64,000 nt of DNA from a virus (Duplodnaviria; Caudoviricetes): the IMG/VR virus record IMGVR_UViG_2597489865_000010, positions 1-64,000 of that record; one strand, given 5' to 3'. Shown piece after piece: positions 1 to 10,886 of this stretch. Numbering within the stretch: position 1 is the first letter of the stretch; every line of letters begins with the position of its first letter. The notes beneath the pieces are model-generated. The model ran no database searches. It had not been told where the DNA came from and saw only the letters and a list, made by a program, of their open reading frames with translations. Position numbers and translations under genes: made by a program.

Positions 1-138
1 ATGACCTTTATTGCCGACCACAGCCAGGAAACCGGCCATGCGGATGTGTTTTTTGCCCTTTCACACGCGGCGGATAATGAACCGCTGAACTACGAAAATT
101 CCCGCCGATCCATCTGGAAAATGAGTCAACACTCATGA
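1..138 (+). CDS. P2/HP1-like terminase ATPase subunit, C-terminal end (runs off window)
   Basis: Hand translation MTFIADHSQETGHADVFFALSHAADNEPLNYENSRRSIWKMSQHS*. The GHAD..FA...A..NEPL tail is typical of gpP-like terminases. Its TGA overlaps the portal ATG. Confidence 0.8.
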   Translation: MTFIADHSQETGHADVFFALSHAADNEPLNYENSRRSIWKMSQHS

Positions 139-1195
139 AAAAACGTCAATCCCGCCGTCAGGCGGCGCGCAACAGTGGCAAGGTCGCCGTCAGCCGTCAG
201 CGGAACATGAGCATGATCAAGACCGGCACCCTGGGCAATCCTGAACCGGTACTGACCACAGGTACTGATTACCGCGATATCTGGTACGACAACGCGGTCG
301 ATCACTATTCACTGCCCATTGACCGGCTGGCGCTGGCGCAGCTGGTAAACCTCAACGGCCAGCACGGAGGGGTGCTCTATGCCCGGCGCAATATGGTGGC
401 CGCCGATTATCGGTGCGGCGGCCTGAGCCACGAGCAGCTGAAGGCCGGCATGTTTGATTACCTGACCTTTGGCGATCTGGCCATCCTGAAAGTGCGCAAC
501 GGCTGGGGCGAAGTGATCGCCCTGGCTCCGCTGCCCTAGCTCTATCTGCGTCTGCGCAAAAGCGGCGAATTCCTGATATTGCAACAGGGCGAGCCGCTAG
601 TTTACACCCGCCAGAAGACGTCATTTTTCTGCAACAGTACGATCCGCAGCAGCAGATTTACGGTCTGCCGGACTATATCGGCGGGATCCACTCGGCGCTA
701 CTTAACAGCGAGGCCACTATTTTTCGGCGTCTCTACTACCATAACGGCGCGCATACGGGCGGCATCATTTACACCAATGATCCGAACCTCAGTCCTGAAA
801 TGGAAGAGCAAATCATGGAATGCGTTGAGCAGGGAAAAGGGGTCGGAAATTTTAAAACGCTGTTTGTCAGTATTCCGAAGGGCGATCCCGAGGGCATCAA
901 ATTTATTCCTATCGGCGATATCAGCGCCAAGGATGAGTTCAGCAATATCAAGAATATCAGCGCTCAGGATGTGTTAACCGCACACCGCTACCCGGCCGGG
1001 CTGGCGGGGATTATTCCCAGCAATGCCGCGGGCCTCGGCGACCCGGTCAAGGCGCGGGAAACCTACCGGCAGGACGAGGTGATCCCGCTTCAGCGCATAC
1101 TACGGGATGCCGTCAATCATGACCCTGAGATCCCCGCGCATTTGCACCTGATGTTTGGTGAAGAGGCGGCAAAAACCGATACGGAAACGGCATAA
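135..1195 (+). pseudogene. PBSX-family (P2 gpQ-like) portal protein, disrupted
   Basis: ORF pieces 135-539 and 800-1195 carry portal motifs (GKGVGNFK, AKDEFSNIKNISAQDVLTAHRYP). There is a TAG at 537-539 and a frameshift near 600-620. Confidence 0.9.
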
Positions 1196-1235
1196 AAAAT
1201 GGTATAATTCAGTGTCTTTTACAGTTTTTGGTGAG

Positions 1236-1508
1236 ATGAACATGCGCGTCATGAAACCCCGCTGCAAGGTCTGTGGCGCACCGGCCATCATAAAAAAAAT
1301 CGTTCATCATCATCCCGAACTGGATACGCTGTATTGTGCCTGTAATGACATGGAGTGCGGGCATACCTTTGTGCTCAATATCACCTTTTCCCACACACTG
1401 AGTCCCAGTGCCAAAACTGCCGACAAGCTGTTTAAAGCCGTGGTTGACGGCATGAATCCGCAACAGAGACAAATGGTGATGGAATTTCTTCAACAACCCA
1501 CCGCTTGA
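1236..1508 (+). CDS. Ogr/Delta-like zinc-finger late transcription activator
   Basis: CKVCG...YCACNDMECGHTF...SHTLSPSA is the Ogr/Delta signature. TATAAT at 1203-1208 lies upstream. Confidence 0.85.
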   Translation: MNMRVMKPRCKVCGAPAIIKKIVHHHPELDTLYCACNDMECGHTFVLNITFSHTLSPSAKTADKLFKAVVDGMNPQQRQMVMEFLQQPTA

Positions 1509-1540
1509 ACTGAGAATGGCATGCCCAAAACGACGCTCCA

Positions 1541-2937
1541 TTATTTTTTATTCATCTCGATTAATGCTTGCTTGATTTTGTCAAGAGATTTTTTCGGCGT
1601 ATAAACGACCGGCTTGCTTCCACCACCACCTGACTTCAGCAAGAGGCCAGCCTCAAATAATTTTTCAAGGTTTTGCCTGGCCGCACTTTCAGAGATCCCG
1701 GCTTTCTTAGAAAAATCAGACACCAAAAAACGCGACTCAGGATCAATAATAATTTCATTAAAAATCATTATTTGAATATCAGATAGACGCGAAAGGAAGC
1801 CATGATTAAAAAGCCAGCTATTAAATTCTCTCAACTTTAATGATGATTCTCTTACATGCTCCAGCGTTTCATTTACCGCGCGTTCAAATATTCTGCATTG
1901 ATAATCAACAAAATAAGTGACATCCAGATGATCGGTTTCAGTTTTCAAGTAAGCCTCACCGTACTGTATCGGTGCAACCTTTAATAATTTTGATATGGAA
2001 ACATATTTAAGCAATTCATAACCGTGCCGAAAAAGCTGCCAGTAACATAGTGCTCTGGCCACACGTCCATTTCCATCAAAAAAAGGATGAATGTACCCTA
2101 ATGAAAAATGCATAATGCATGCTTTTATTACAGGGTGAATATAATGACTCGGTTTTACGTTTTCCTCATGTTGGATATTGATCCAATTCACAAAACTCCT
2201 CAATAATTCCGGTAACAAAGCAGCTGAAGGAGGAACATGGATGATCTCGTCATCACGTCCCGCGACATAAACAGAATCATCGTCTCTGAGAGTGCCAGGA
2301 CTGTATTTATCGTCGTCAATCCCTTTGCATGCGGTTGCATGAAACTGCAATAATAATGGCAACGTCATGTCTTCATGGTGACTCTCCCATGTCAGTTGCA
2401 TCAAACGATGATTGCCCAATATCATCTGTTCGCCTTCACTGCGTGGTTCGCGCTTTTCCTCAAGCATTTGTTTCGCTACTGTCCGGTCCGGGTTGTCGAA
2501 GCGCCTTCAAGCTGGCTTGATGCAATACCTTTATCATGGGCAAACATGTGTAAAAATTACATCGATGCACTGACTTCCCGCGTTAATTCAGTTAGGGCGG
2601 CGCGAGTACAACGCCGATCAATGAGCGAGCAGGTTTTTTGCATACCCGGAAGTAGCATCAACAGCGGAACCGTGCCCGACCCCGTACCCAAGGCGGCAGA
2701 TAACCCTTGAATAGGGCGTCTGGCATGCTCTCGGGCTAAGTTAATGAGTGACCAGATAGCCCGCCTTTTTTCTTCATTATCTGTTTTGTTACAAATATCA
2801 TCCCAGTGCACATAACGCCCCTTATCATCCACAGGCGAGAGATAGTCGCTCATGACATCATCGAAACTGCACCTCAATATGCGCTGGCAGGGAAGGATTG
2901 CTTTTATCAGCGTGGTGCTGTGTGGGGCTTTTTTCAT
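1541..2937 (-). pseudogene. Fic-domain protein with C-terminal HTH, disrupted
   Basis: Contains the Fic motif HPFFDGNGRVAR and an upstream SSQLEG inhibitory-type motif. Broken by a TAA at 2557-2559 and a 5-bp CGGAC duplication near 2480-2490. AT-rich. Confidence 0.88.
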
Positions 2938-3007
2938 ATCTCCCTCTTCTCTCTCATATATCTGGAAATATGTTAGCAATATAACACCGCTTATGTCCAT
3001 TTATGGC

Positions 3008-3026
3008 ATTCTTTTCCCCCGCCACG
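3008..3026 (-). other. Putative P2/186-type cos site of prophage 1
   Basis: Minus strand reads CGTGGCGGGGGAAAAGAAT, similar to the phage 186 cohesive end GGCGTGGCGGGGAAAGCAT as recalled. It lies between gpA and portal in the expected orientation. Confidence 0.45.
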
Positions 3027-3070
3027 TAATAACATTCTTCCTCCGGCACACCTGGCCGTACAGTTAAAGA

Positions 3071-5189
3071 GGCTTTGTTGAATAAATCGAACTTTTAGGT
3101 GACTGGCGGCTCTGATCACTACATTCGTTTCAACATCAGGTCTCCATGGCAAAGCAAAAGTTTAAAATCACCAACTGGCCCGCATATAACAATGCGCTCA
3201 GGCAGCGGGGGGACCTGACAGTATGGCTTGATGAGTCAGCCATTGCTGCATGGACTGAGAGTACACCACCTGAACATCGTGGCCGGCCGCTTCACTACAC
3301 CGATATGGCCATTACCACGGTTCTGATGAGGCTTTGTTGAATAAATCGAACTTTTAGGTGACTGGCGGCTCTGATCACTACATTCGTTTCAACATCAGGT
3401 CCCCATGGCAAAGCAAAAGTTTAAAATCACCAACTGGCCCGCATATAACAATGCGCTCAGGCAGCGGGGGGACCTGACAGTATGGCTTGATGAGTCAGCC
3501 ATTGCTGCATGGACTGAGAGTACACCACCTGAACATCGTGGCCGGCCGCTTCACTACACCGATATGGCCATTACCACGGTTCTGATGATAAAGCGCGTGT
3601 TTAACCTTTCGCTCCGGGCGTTACAGGGTTTCGTTGACTCGATTTTTAAACTGATGGGGCTGTCGCTGCGCTGCCCAGATTACTCTCTGGTCAGCCGGCG
3701 AGCAAAAACCGTCGACATCAGCATAAAAACGCCAACCCGCGGCGAAATCTCACACCTGGTCATCGATGGCACCGGCCTGAAAATCTTCGGCGAAGGCGAA
3801 TGGAAAGTCAGGCAGCATGGGGCTGAGAGGCGCAGAGTATGGCGCAAGCTTCATCTGGCAGTAGATAGCGCGACACATGAAATTATCTGTGCCGATTTAT
3901 CGCTAAGCGGTACGACAGATGCGCAGGCGCTGCCCGGGCTGATTAACCAAACCCACCGGAAAATCAGGGAAGCGTCGGCTGACAGTGCTTACGATACGCG
4001 TTACTGTCATGATGCTCTGCTGAGGAAAAAAATAAAGCCGCTTATCCCACCGCGAAGTGGTGCGCAATATTGGCCAGCTCGATACCATGAGCGTAACCAT
4101 GCGGTGGCAAATCAGCATCTGAGCGGCAATAACGATACCTGGAAAAAGAAAGTAGGTTATCACCGGCGTTCACTGGCTGAAACGGCCATGTTCCGGTTTA
4201 AAATACTTCTGGGTGGTCATCTGAGTCTGCATGACTATGACGCGCAGGTAGGTGAGGCTATGGCAATGGTCAAAGCGCTTAACCGGATCACGTTGTTAGG
4301 AATGCCAAACAGCGTCCGCATCATGTAACAATCGCCCTGATAGGGAGGAAGTCGTCACAAATTTCGGATTTATTCAACAAAGCGTTCTGATGATAAAGCG
4401 CGTGTTTAACCTTTCGCTCCGGGCGTTACAGGGTTTCGTTGACTCGATTTTTAAACTGATGGGGCTGTCGCTGCGCTGCCCAGATTACTCTCTGGTCAGC
4501 CGGCGAGCAAAAACCGTCGACATCAGCATAAAAACGCCAACCCGCGGCGAAATCTCACACCTGGTCATCGATGGCACCGGCCTGAAAGTCTTCGGCGAAG
4601 GCGAATGAAAAGTCAGGCAGCATGGGGCTGAGAGGCGCAGAGTATGGCGCAAGCTTCATCTGGCAGTAGATAGCGTGACACATGAAATTATCTGTGCCGA
4701 TTTATCGCTAAGCGGTACGACAGATGCGCAAGCGCTGCCCGGGCTGATTAACCAAACCCACCGGAAAATCAGGGAAGCGTCGGCTGACAGTGCTTACGAT
4801 ACGCGTTACTGTCATGATGCTCTGCTGAGGAAAAAAATAAAGCCGCTTATCCCACCGCGAAGTGGTGCGCAATATTGGCCAGCTCGATACCATGAGCGTA
4901 ACCATGCGGTGGCAAATCAGCATCTGAGCGGCAATAACGATACCTGGAAAAAGAAAGTAGGTTATCACCGGCGTTCACTGGCTGAAACGGCCATGTTCCG
5001 GTTTAAAACACTTCTGGGTGGTCATCTGAGTCTGCATGACTATGACGCGCAGGTAGGTGAGGCAATGGCAATGGTTAAAGTACTTAACCGGATCACACTG
5101 TTAGGAATGCCAAACAGCGTCCGCATCATGTAACAATCGCCCTGATAGGGAGGAAGTCGTCACAAATTTCGGATTTATTCAACAAAGCG
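3071..5189 (+). mobile_element. IS5 family (IS903 group) element, interrupted by a nested copy
   Basis: IR GGCTTTGTTGAATAAATC at 3071 and its counterpart ending at 5189. 9-bp target duplication AGTTAAAGA (3062-3070 and 5190-5198). The transposase also has a TGA at 4606-4608. Confidence 0.95.
3330..4384 (+). mobile_element. IS903-group element (1055 bp) with intact 307-aa transposase at 3405-4328
   Basis: Both IRs are present. Target duplication TTCTGATGA (3321-3329 and 4385-4393). Confidence 0.97.
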
Positions 5190-7037
5190 AGTTAAAGACA
5201 GAACTCCGAGGCAACGCGTCCGCGTTGCTCACGTCAACGGCCAACTTCGGCACAATCTTCCACTGCTTCAGCCGGGTCAGGATCGGTGAGTCCCCGCCAA
5301 CGACCGTATCGAACAGGCCGCGAATACTGAGCATTTCCTCGCCGTACTGATTGAGTACCTCAGCGGGCTGGTACCAGGTGCGCACCGCCAGATCATCACG
5401 CTTGACCAATGGCCCGCCCTGGGCATTGACGTACCCCGCCCAGTCGGGGGCGTTGGCCGCATCGTGGCAGGCAGCAAATTCCACGCTCAGGCCGTGCGCG
5501 GTTTCGCTGTCATTCAGGCGGCGCAGCTCCCGCCAGACGGTGACGGGAGTGCAGCCAATAAACTGAAATTGACGAATGCCCCAGCGTGAAGCCCAGGCGG
5601 TGGCGCGCTGTGCGCTTTCCTTTAGCGGTCTGCCGCTTTCGTCGTCGGTTTCACCGTCCAGGGCATAGCCGTCGATGTTTTTCGAGATGTATTTGGCAAC
5701 GTACCCGGTGGCGCTGCCTTTTTCCGGGTCAATGGCTTTGGCATCAAACCGGGCGCTTGCCGCGACGGCGCTGCGTAATTCCTCACAGTCTGCCGCTATG
5801 GCATAGTCGCGTAGGATTTCCAGGATGCGGGGCATGTCTTCCGGGCGGGCAAATACCAGTAAATGGCTGTGCGGCGTACCGTCATGGTGTGGCTCGGCGA
5901 CGCGCATACCAAAAAAGCGCAGCTTCTGGCGATGGCTTTTGGCGCGGGCGCAGGCCCAGACGCTATTAAGGTAGCGCTGGGTGTCTGCCGGGCTGGCCCC
6001 GTTCCATTTACGGTTAACGCGCCCATTTTTTAGCGTGGCGTGATGGCTTGAGGGGGCGGTAACAGTGACAAATGCGCCAATATAGCCCTGTTCATTGGCG
6101 ATATCTTCATAACCCCTTATACGCACCATCAGTTCAGTCCGTCGGATGGCGGGATTGGCCTGGCTGGCGGCATAGCCATCCATCAGGCTGATACGGTTAC
6201 CCTCTTCGTCTTCCAGCTCCATGCATTTGCGCCACTCGTTGGTGCGGCGACGCTGTTCGTGCCAGTCACGCAAGGCGGTTGTGCTGACGTTCGGGGAGGC
6301 CTGCTTGTGGACATACCCCATGGCGATAGCCAGATGTTCACGCCAGCGGTTGGCGGTACGGCGCAGGTTGTTCAGCCACCACCGCGCATCACACATTCGC
6401 CTGTTGGCCGGTTGGGCATCAAAGGGAACAAAACATTTTTCCAGCTTGTTCCAGAGCGACGGCTGTACGCCCAGCAGGCGGGTGATCCGAGCGAGATGGT
6501 GATAGTGGTCATAGACGATGCGCCATTCGGTTTTATCGCCCAGCGCGTGGGTCAGGCGGGCCACTTCCGTGGCGGCAACATGGGCGGCGGCGTTCGTCAA
6601 GGACTTAAGCGCCTGACTGTCCAGGTCGGGCAGGCGCTGATGCTGGGTGCGCAGGCGCAAAAAGGCCACCACGCCATTATGCTGGGGGGGATTGGGTTGC
6701 GCGGTCGCCAAACAGTGCACAGAAATCGTCATCTGCTATTTCATTCAAGCAATAACCGGGGTTCACTCGCGCAATGCGCGGTAACATCACCTTAACCACG
6801 GACTCAGTTTAACCAGCGGCGGGCGCTGTCAAAGCCCTTTTGCTTTTCGCGCTGGTCGAAGCGCCAGTAAATACTTGAACTGACCGTTTCCAGCTGGTCG
6901 TCAACCCGCCTTCTCGCCTGGAGAAACTCCTTGCGGCGAAGCTCGGCAAGACGCATTTCCTCATGGGTCGGAATACCCCGCTCAATCGGCAGCAGGAGCT
7001 TGTTGTTCCAAGGGTAGACGACGCTGGACTGCGGCAT
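5190..7037 (-). pseudogene. P2 gpA-like rolling-circle replication endonuclease (copy 1)
   Basis: Has the EPHHDGTPHSH (HUH) and GYVAKYISKNID motifs. Frameshifts near 6810 and 6690 relative to copy 2. The 3' end is cut by IS903 and the frame continues from 3070 to a stop near 2954. Confidence 0.92.
5197..5214 (-). other. P2-type replication origin (gpA nick site) of prophage 1
   Basis: Minus strand TTGCCTCG^GAGTTCTGTC matches the P2 ori GCGCCTCG^GAGTCCTGTC, which lies in the 3' part of gene A. Confidence 0.75.
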
Positions 7038-7038
7038 A

Positions 7039-7925
7039 TCAGACAAACTCCAGCCACTCATCCGTAAGGAAACCATCCGCTTCGGAGGTCGACGGCCGAG
7101 ACTGCCGCACCGGCAACGTGGCTATCACTTCCCCGGCTTTACCCCGACTAGCCCCCTTGGCGGCGATGCTGTAATGGGTGTGGGTGTAGTGAAACGTAAA
7201 GCCTTGATAGGCGGCGTGGGTCTTGGGGGTGTTATTGCCCGAAAGCACGACAGGGACGTCCCAGCGCAGGTGGGTCTCCGTCAGGGCATCGGCCAGCGCC
7301 TGATGTTCTTCGTCCCGAAACGGCGCGATGTAATAACCGGTGAAGCCGTCTCTGTCTTCAGGTGGTAAATAAGGCGGATCGGCATAAACTGCGCAGTGTT
7401 CATTTACATGGAACGCCAATGTTTCCTCAAAGAGCAGGCAGACAAACCGGGTATGGGTATCGCGCGCCTTTTCGGCGAACAGGCAGATTTCCGCGGCGGG
7501 GAAATAGGGCTTCTTGTAACGTCCATACGGTACGTTAAATTCGCCCCGCAGGTTATAACGGCACAGGCCGTTGTAGCCATGGCGATTCAGGTAAAGGAAC
7601 ACGGCGGCACGTTTAAGGCCCGTGGTCGCTCGCCATTGGGCGAAATCGGTGCGGTAACGAAAATAGTCAACAGAGGTGTTGGCGTGCTTGAATAGCGGTA
7701 GCGCGGCCTGTATGATACCTTCCGGGCTATCCACAACCGCTTGGTAGATAATTGATAAGGTCGGGGTTAATGTCTGCCAGTACATAGCGAGGGTAGTCGG
7801 TATCGAGGAAAACCGAGGTACCGCCGACAAAAGGTTCGACCAGGCAGTCAGCCGCCTGGCAGGAAGGGGCGCAAGCGGGGCATCAGGCGAGACTTGCCGC
7901 CCGCCCATTTCAGGATAGGTTTCAT
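7039..7925 (-). pseudogene. dam: Phage DNA adenine methylase (Dam-like), frameshifted
   Basis: The MKPILKWAGGK start is in a different frame from the YADPPY-containing ORF. An intact paralog is at 55620-56489. Confidence 0.88.
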
Positions 7926-7935
7926 CTGCGCGTCC

Positions 7936-8505
7936 TCAGCAATGTTCGAGAAAGGGGGCGGAATGACGCTGCCAGATTTCCGCCACCACCTGCGCCTGAT
8001 AGCGGGCATCATCAAGAGCGTAGTGCTCCGGGGTCTGGCGCGGCGGCGGGCAATAGTCGTTTGCTTGCGCCAGCGACAGCAGGGTGCGCATATTTCGCAC
8101 TCGCCAGAAATGCCAGGGAATGGGCAGGCCATGGAGCTCAAAGGCCGCGCTTAAAATCACCACGTCAAAGCTGCCACCCTTGCACCAGATGTTCAGGTGC
8201 TTGCGGCCAGCGGGTATCTGGCTGGCGTTGATGTAATTCAGCAACGCATTCAGGGCATCACTCGCAGAAAGGCGAGGGTCAATAATCAATTCGGCGCGCG
8301 CTTGTGCGTCCTGACATAACCACCACAACGCCGTATCGACTTCCGCACGGGCGCCGGCAGCCTCATCACTGCGCGGGTCAACGCGGGCATAAAACGCTTT
8401 GCCCAACTGGCCGGTAGTCGGTTCAAAAAAGACGGCGCCAATCGCCGCCAGTGGCGCACTAGCACGAACGCCGAGGGTTTCAATGTCTATCATGAGATGA
8501 TTCAT
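7936..8505 (-). CDS. DEDD 3'-5' exonuclease (DUF5051/RNase T-like), phage-encoded
   Basis: MNHLMIDIETLG, FDVVIL and HYALDDARYQA motifs; intact 189 aa. Confidence 0.85.
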   Translation of the reverse strand: MNHLMIDIETLGVRASAPLAAIGAVFFEPTTGQLGKAFYARVDPRSDEAAGARAEVDTALWWLCQDAQARAELIIDPRLSASDALNALLNYINASQIPAGRKHLNIWCKGGSFDVVILSAAFELHGLPIPWHFWRVRNMRTLLSLAQANDYCPPPRQTPEHYALDDARYQAQVVAEIWQRHSAPFLEHC

Positions 8506-8762
8506 CGTGGTGACCCCTCGGTGATATCATGCATTGACAAACGCAGCGCTATCCAGTCATTCAGCGCGTCCAGTATTTTGTCTGCGGGTACAGCGCGGGC
8601 GCGTTGCGATTCCAGAAAGGCGCTGAGCATGCCAAGCAGGTGTCCGCGTTCGCTTTTCCTGGCCGCCAGACCAATGCTCATGAACTCCGGATCGGTTAAA
8701 CCGGGCGTCAGGCGAATGCGATTTGGCGCGCCGCCCTGACGGGTGTGGGTTATTTCAGTCAT
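8502..8762 (-). CDS. Phage early-operon hypothetical protein
   Basis: RBS AGGAG; overlaps the exonuclease start; conserved paralog at 54782-55042. Confidence 0.7.
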   Translation of the reverse strand: MTEITHTRQGGAPNRIRLTPGLTDPEFMSIGLAARKSERGHLLGMLSAFLESQRARAVPADKILDALNDWIALRLSMHDITEGSPR

Positions 8763-8843
8763 GGTGAATTCTCCTTTATTCAGGCCGTGCGAAGCCCTGG
8801 CGTCATGCGCCGTTTTTATTTCACTTTAATGGCAGGTAATAAT

Positions 8844-9056
8844 TTACTGAGGTACTAAGCGATTAACATAATTTTCCATTAACCACTTTATGCGCTCCCT
8901 CAAATCCTTTTCTATTCCGGCAATAAATTCCTGTACGTAAGGCTTTTGTGGGTCAACATAAAAATAGGCGTAATTACCCTGCGCCAGAATAGAAAAACCG
9001 TTTTGCATGGCGGGCAATACATGATAGAGAATTTGGGTCATATCGTCGGCATTCAT
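8844..9056 (-). CDS. Phage hypothetical protein
   Basis: Conserved paralog at 54488-54700. Confidence 0.65.
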   Translation of the reverse strand: MNADDMTQILYHVLPAMQNGFSILAQGNYAYFYVDPQKPYVQEFIAGIEKDLRERIKWLMENYVNRLVPQ

Positions 9057-9086
9057 AATAAAAACCCTTAATGGTGACAACTATTT

Positions 9087-9335
9087 TTAGCAGCCGCCTG
9101 AACAGAACGGCATAACATGACGCTGTACCTCCTTCGGCAATATCGGCTCGGGGACATTGCCTAATGTCAGGGAGTTAAGTGCGGGCTTTAATGCCTCTAC
9201 ACTTCCCCTATCCCTCCCCGATGAAAAAGGCGAGCTGATGAAGTTCACGTATTTCATGTGCCATGGCACGAAAATAGACCGGCCACTTTTCCGGTTTATT
9301 CGCGCAGCCAACATAATAATGTCGTAATGATTCAT
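9087..9335 (-). CDS. Phage hypothetical protein
   Basis: ORF co-oriented with the early operon; no motif recognised. Confidence 0.4.
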   Translation of the reverse strand: MNHYDIIMLAARINRKSGRSIFVPWHMKYVNFISSPFSSGRDRGSVEALKPALNSLTLGNVPEPILPKEVQRHVMPFCSGGC

Positions 9336-9359
9336 TCATATAGTCGGCACAAAAATGAT

Positions 9360-9572
9360 TCACGACAGACTCCTTTTATCCGCGATAAGCTTTTTTTTGA
9401 AGTGCCTTGCCGCATGTTTTCGGCGGGCTTTGGCGCGGATCTGGTCATCTTTGTGCTGCCTGCTCTCCCTGATATCGATAATGACCGCATAGAGGGAGAG
9501 CGGCAGTGCAATAAGCAGCAGGAGGGCCGGTACTAAATAATCCATCCACCATAAATCTTGTAATATCATCAT
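9360..9572 (-). CDS. Small membrane protein (one TM segment plus basic tail)
   Basis: Hydrophobic LVPALLLLIALPLSLYAVII segment; GAGGT RBS. Confidence 0.55.
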   Translation of the reverse strand: MMILQDLWWMDYLVPALLLLIALPLSLYAVIIDIRESRQHKDDQIRAKARRKHAARHFKKKLIADKRSLS

Positions 9573-9618
9573 GTCTTACCTCAAAAAAAGAGTAGCAATG
9601 TAAGTCATTCAGTGGTAC

Positions 9619-9843
9619 TTATTCTTTTAGTCCGTGCTTTTCCTTGTATGCGTGTCCTGTGGCACTGTATAAGTTCGTTAAAACATCAGCCAGTACAGAG
9701 ATATCCATTTCCGGGAGTCGCTTTCTCCAGTATTCTCTGGCTCGCATCGAATCCCAGATGCCGTAAATCTGGTATTTAGTTGCACGGTGCATTTCCTCGA
9801 AATAGCTGTCATACTTATCTTTGTTTTCTGCGAGAGTACTCAT
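9619..9843 (-). CDS. Phage hypothetical protein
   Basis: GAGGTG RBS upstream; 74-aa ORF. Confidence 0.55.
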   Translation of the reverse strand: MSTLAENKDKYDSYFEEMHRATKYQIYGIWDSMRAREYWRKRLPEMDISVLADVLTNLYSATGHAYKEKHGLKE

Positions 9844-9912
9844 AATAAAATCACCTCAAAATATCGCTTTGTTTAAAAGGAGCAATAATCCATGGACAAC
9901 TTATCCACTGAG

Positions 9913-9962
9913 TGCTGGTTCCGGTCACATCCGATCACTGATTCCGATTTCACCCGATCACT
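9913..9962 (+). mobile_element. IS21-family left-end remnant
   Basis: TGCTGGTTCCGGTCACATCCGATCACTG is identical to the end at 40873. Confidence 0.9.
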
Positions 9963-10886
9963 GGCTTTGTTGAATAAATCGAACTTTTAGGTGACTGGCG
10001 GCTCTGATCACTACATTCGTTTCAACATCAGGTCCCCATGGCAAAGCAAAAGTTTAAAATCACCAACTGGCCCGCATATAACAATGCGCTCAGGCAGCGG
10101 GGGGACCTGACAGTATGGCTTGATGAGTCAGCCATTGCTGCATGGACTGAGAGTACACCACCTGAACATCGTGGCCGGCCGCTTCACTACACCGATATGG
10201 CCATTACCACGGTTCTGATGATAAAGCGCGTGTTTAACCTTTCGCTCCGAGCGTTACAGGGTTTCGTTGACTCGATTTTTAAACTGATGGGGCTGTCGCT
10301 GCGCTGCCCAGATTACTCTCTGGTCAGCCGGCGAGCAAAAACCGTCGACATCAGCATAAAAACGCCAACCCGCGGCGAAATCTGACACCTGGTCATCGAT
10401 GGCACCGGCCTGAAAGTCTTCGGCGAAGGCGAATGGAAAGTCAGGCAGCATGGGGCTGAGAGGCGCAGAGTATGGCGCAAGCTTCATCTGGCAGTAGATA
10501 GCGTGACACATGAAATTATCTGTGCCGATTTATCGCTAAGCGGTAGGACAGATGCGCAGGCGCTGCCCGAGCTGATTAACCAAACCCACCGGAAAATCAG
10601 GGAAGCGGCGACTGACAGTGCTTACGATACGCGTTACTGTCATGATGCTCTGCTAAGGAAAAAATAAAGCCGCTTATCCCACCGCGAAGTGGTGCGCAAT
10701 ATTGGCCAGCTCGATACCATGAGCGTAACCATGCGGTGGCAAATCAGCATCTGAGCGGCAATAACGATACCTGGAAAAAGAAAGTAGGTTATCACCGGCG
10801 TTCACTGGCTGAAACGGCCATGTTCCGGTTTAAAACACTTCTGGGTGGTCATCTGAGTCTGCATGACTATGACGCGCAGGTAGGTG
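9963..10886 (+). mobile_element. IS903-group element, degenerate and 3'-truncated
   Basis: Left IR at 9963; TGA at 10383-10385; small deletions; cut by IS256 at 10887. Confidence 0.93.

Noticed and set aside
2938-2960. Shared AGAGAGAAGAG leader upstream of the Fic gene and the XRE gene (60755-60768)
   Set aside because: An 11-nt low-complexity purine run at the RBS position is likely coincidental.
3903-4163. Recurrent antisense or alternative-frame ORFs inside transposases (MITYFLFPG..., MRFKGTVT..., MYRAYGAQ...)
   Set aside because: They repeat only because the ISs are near-identical. There is no independent evidence of coding, although IS903 is known to carry an antisense ORF.
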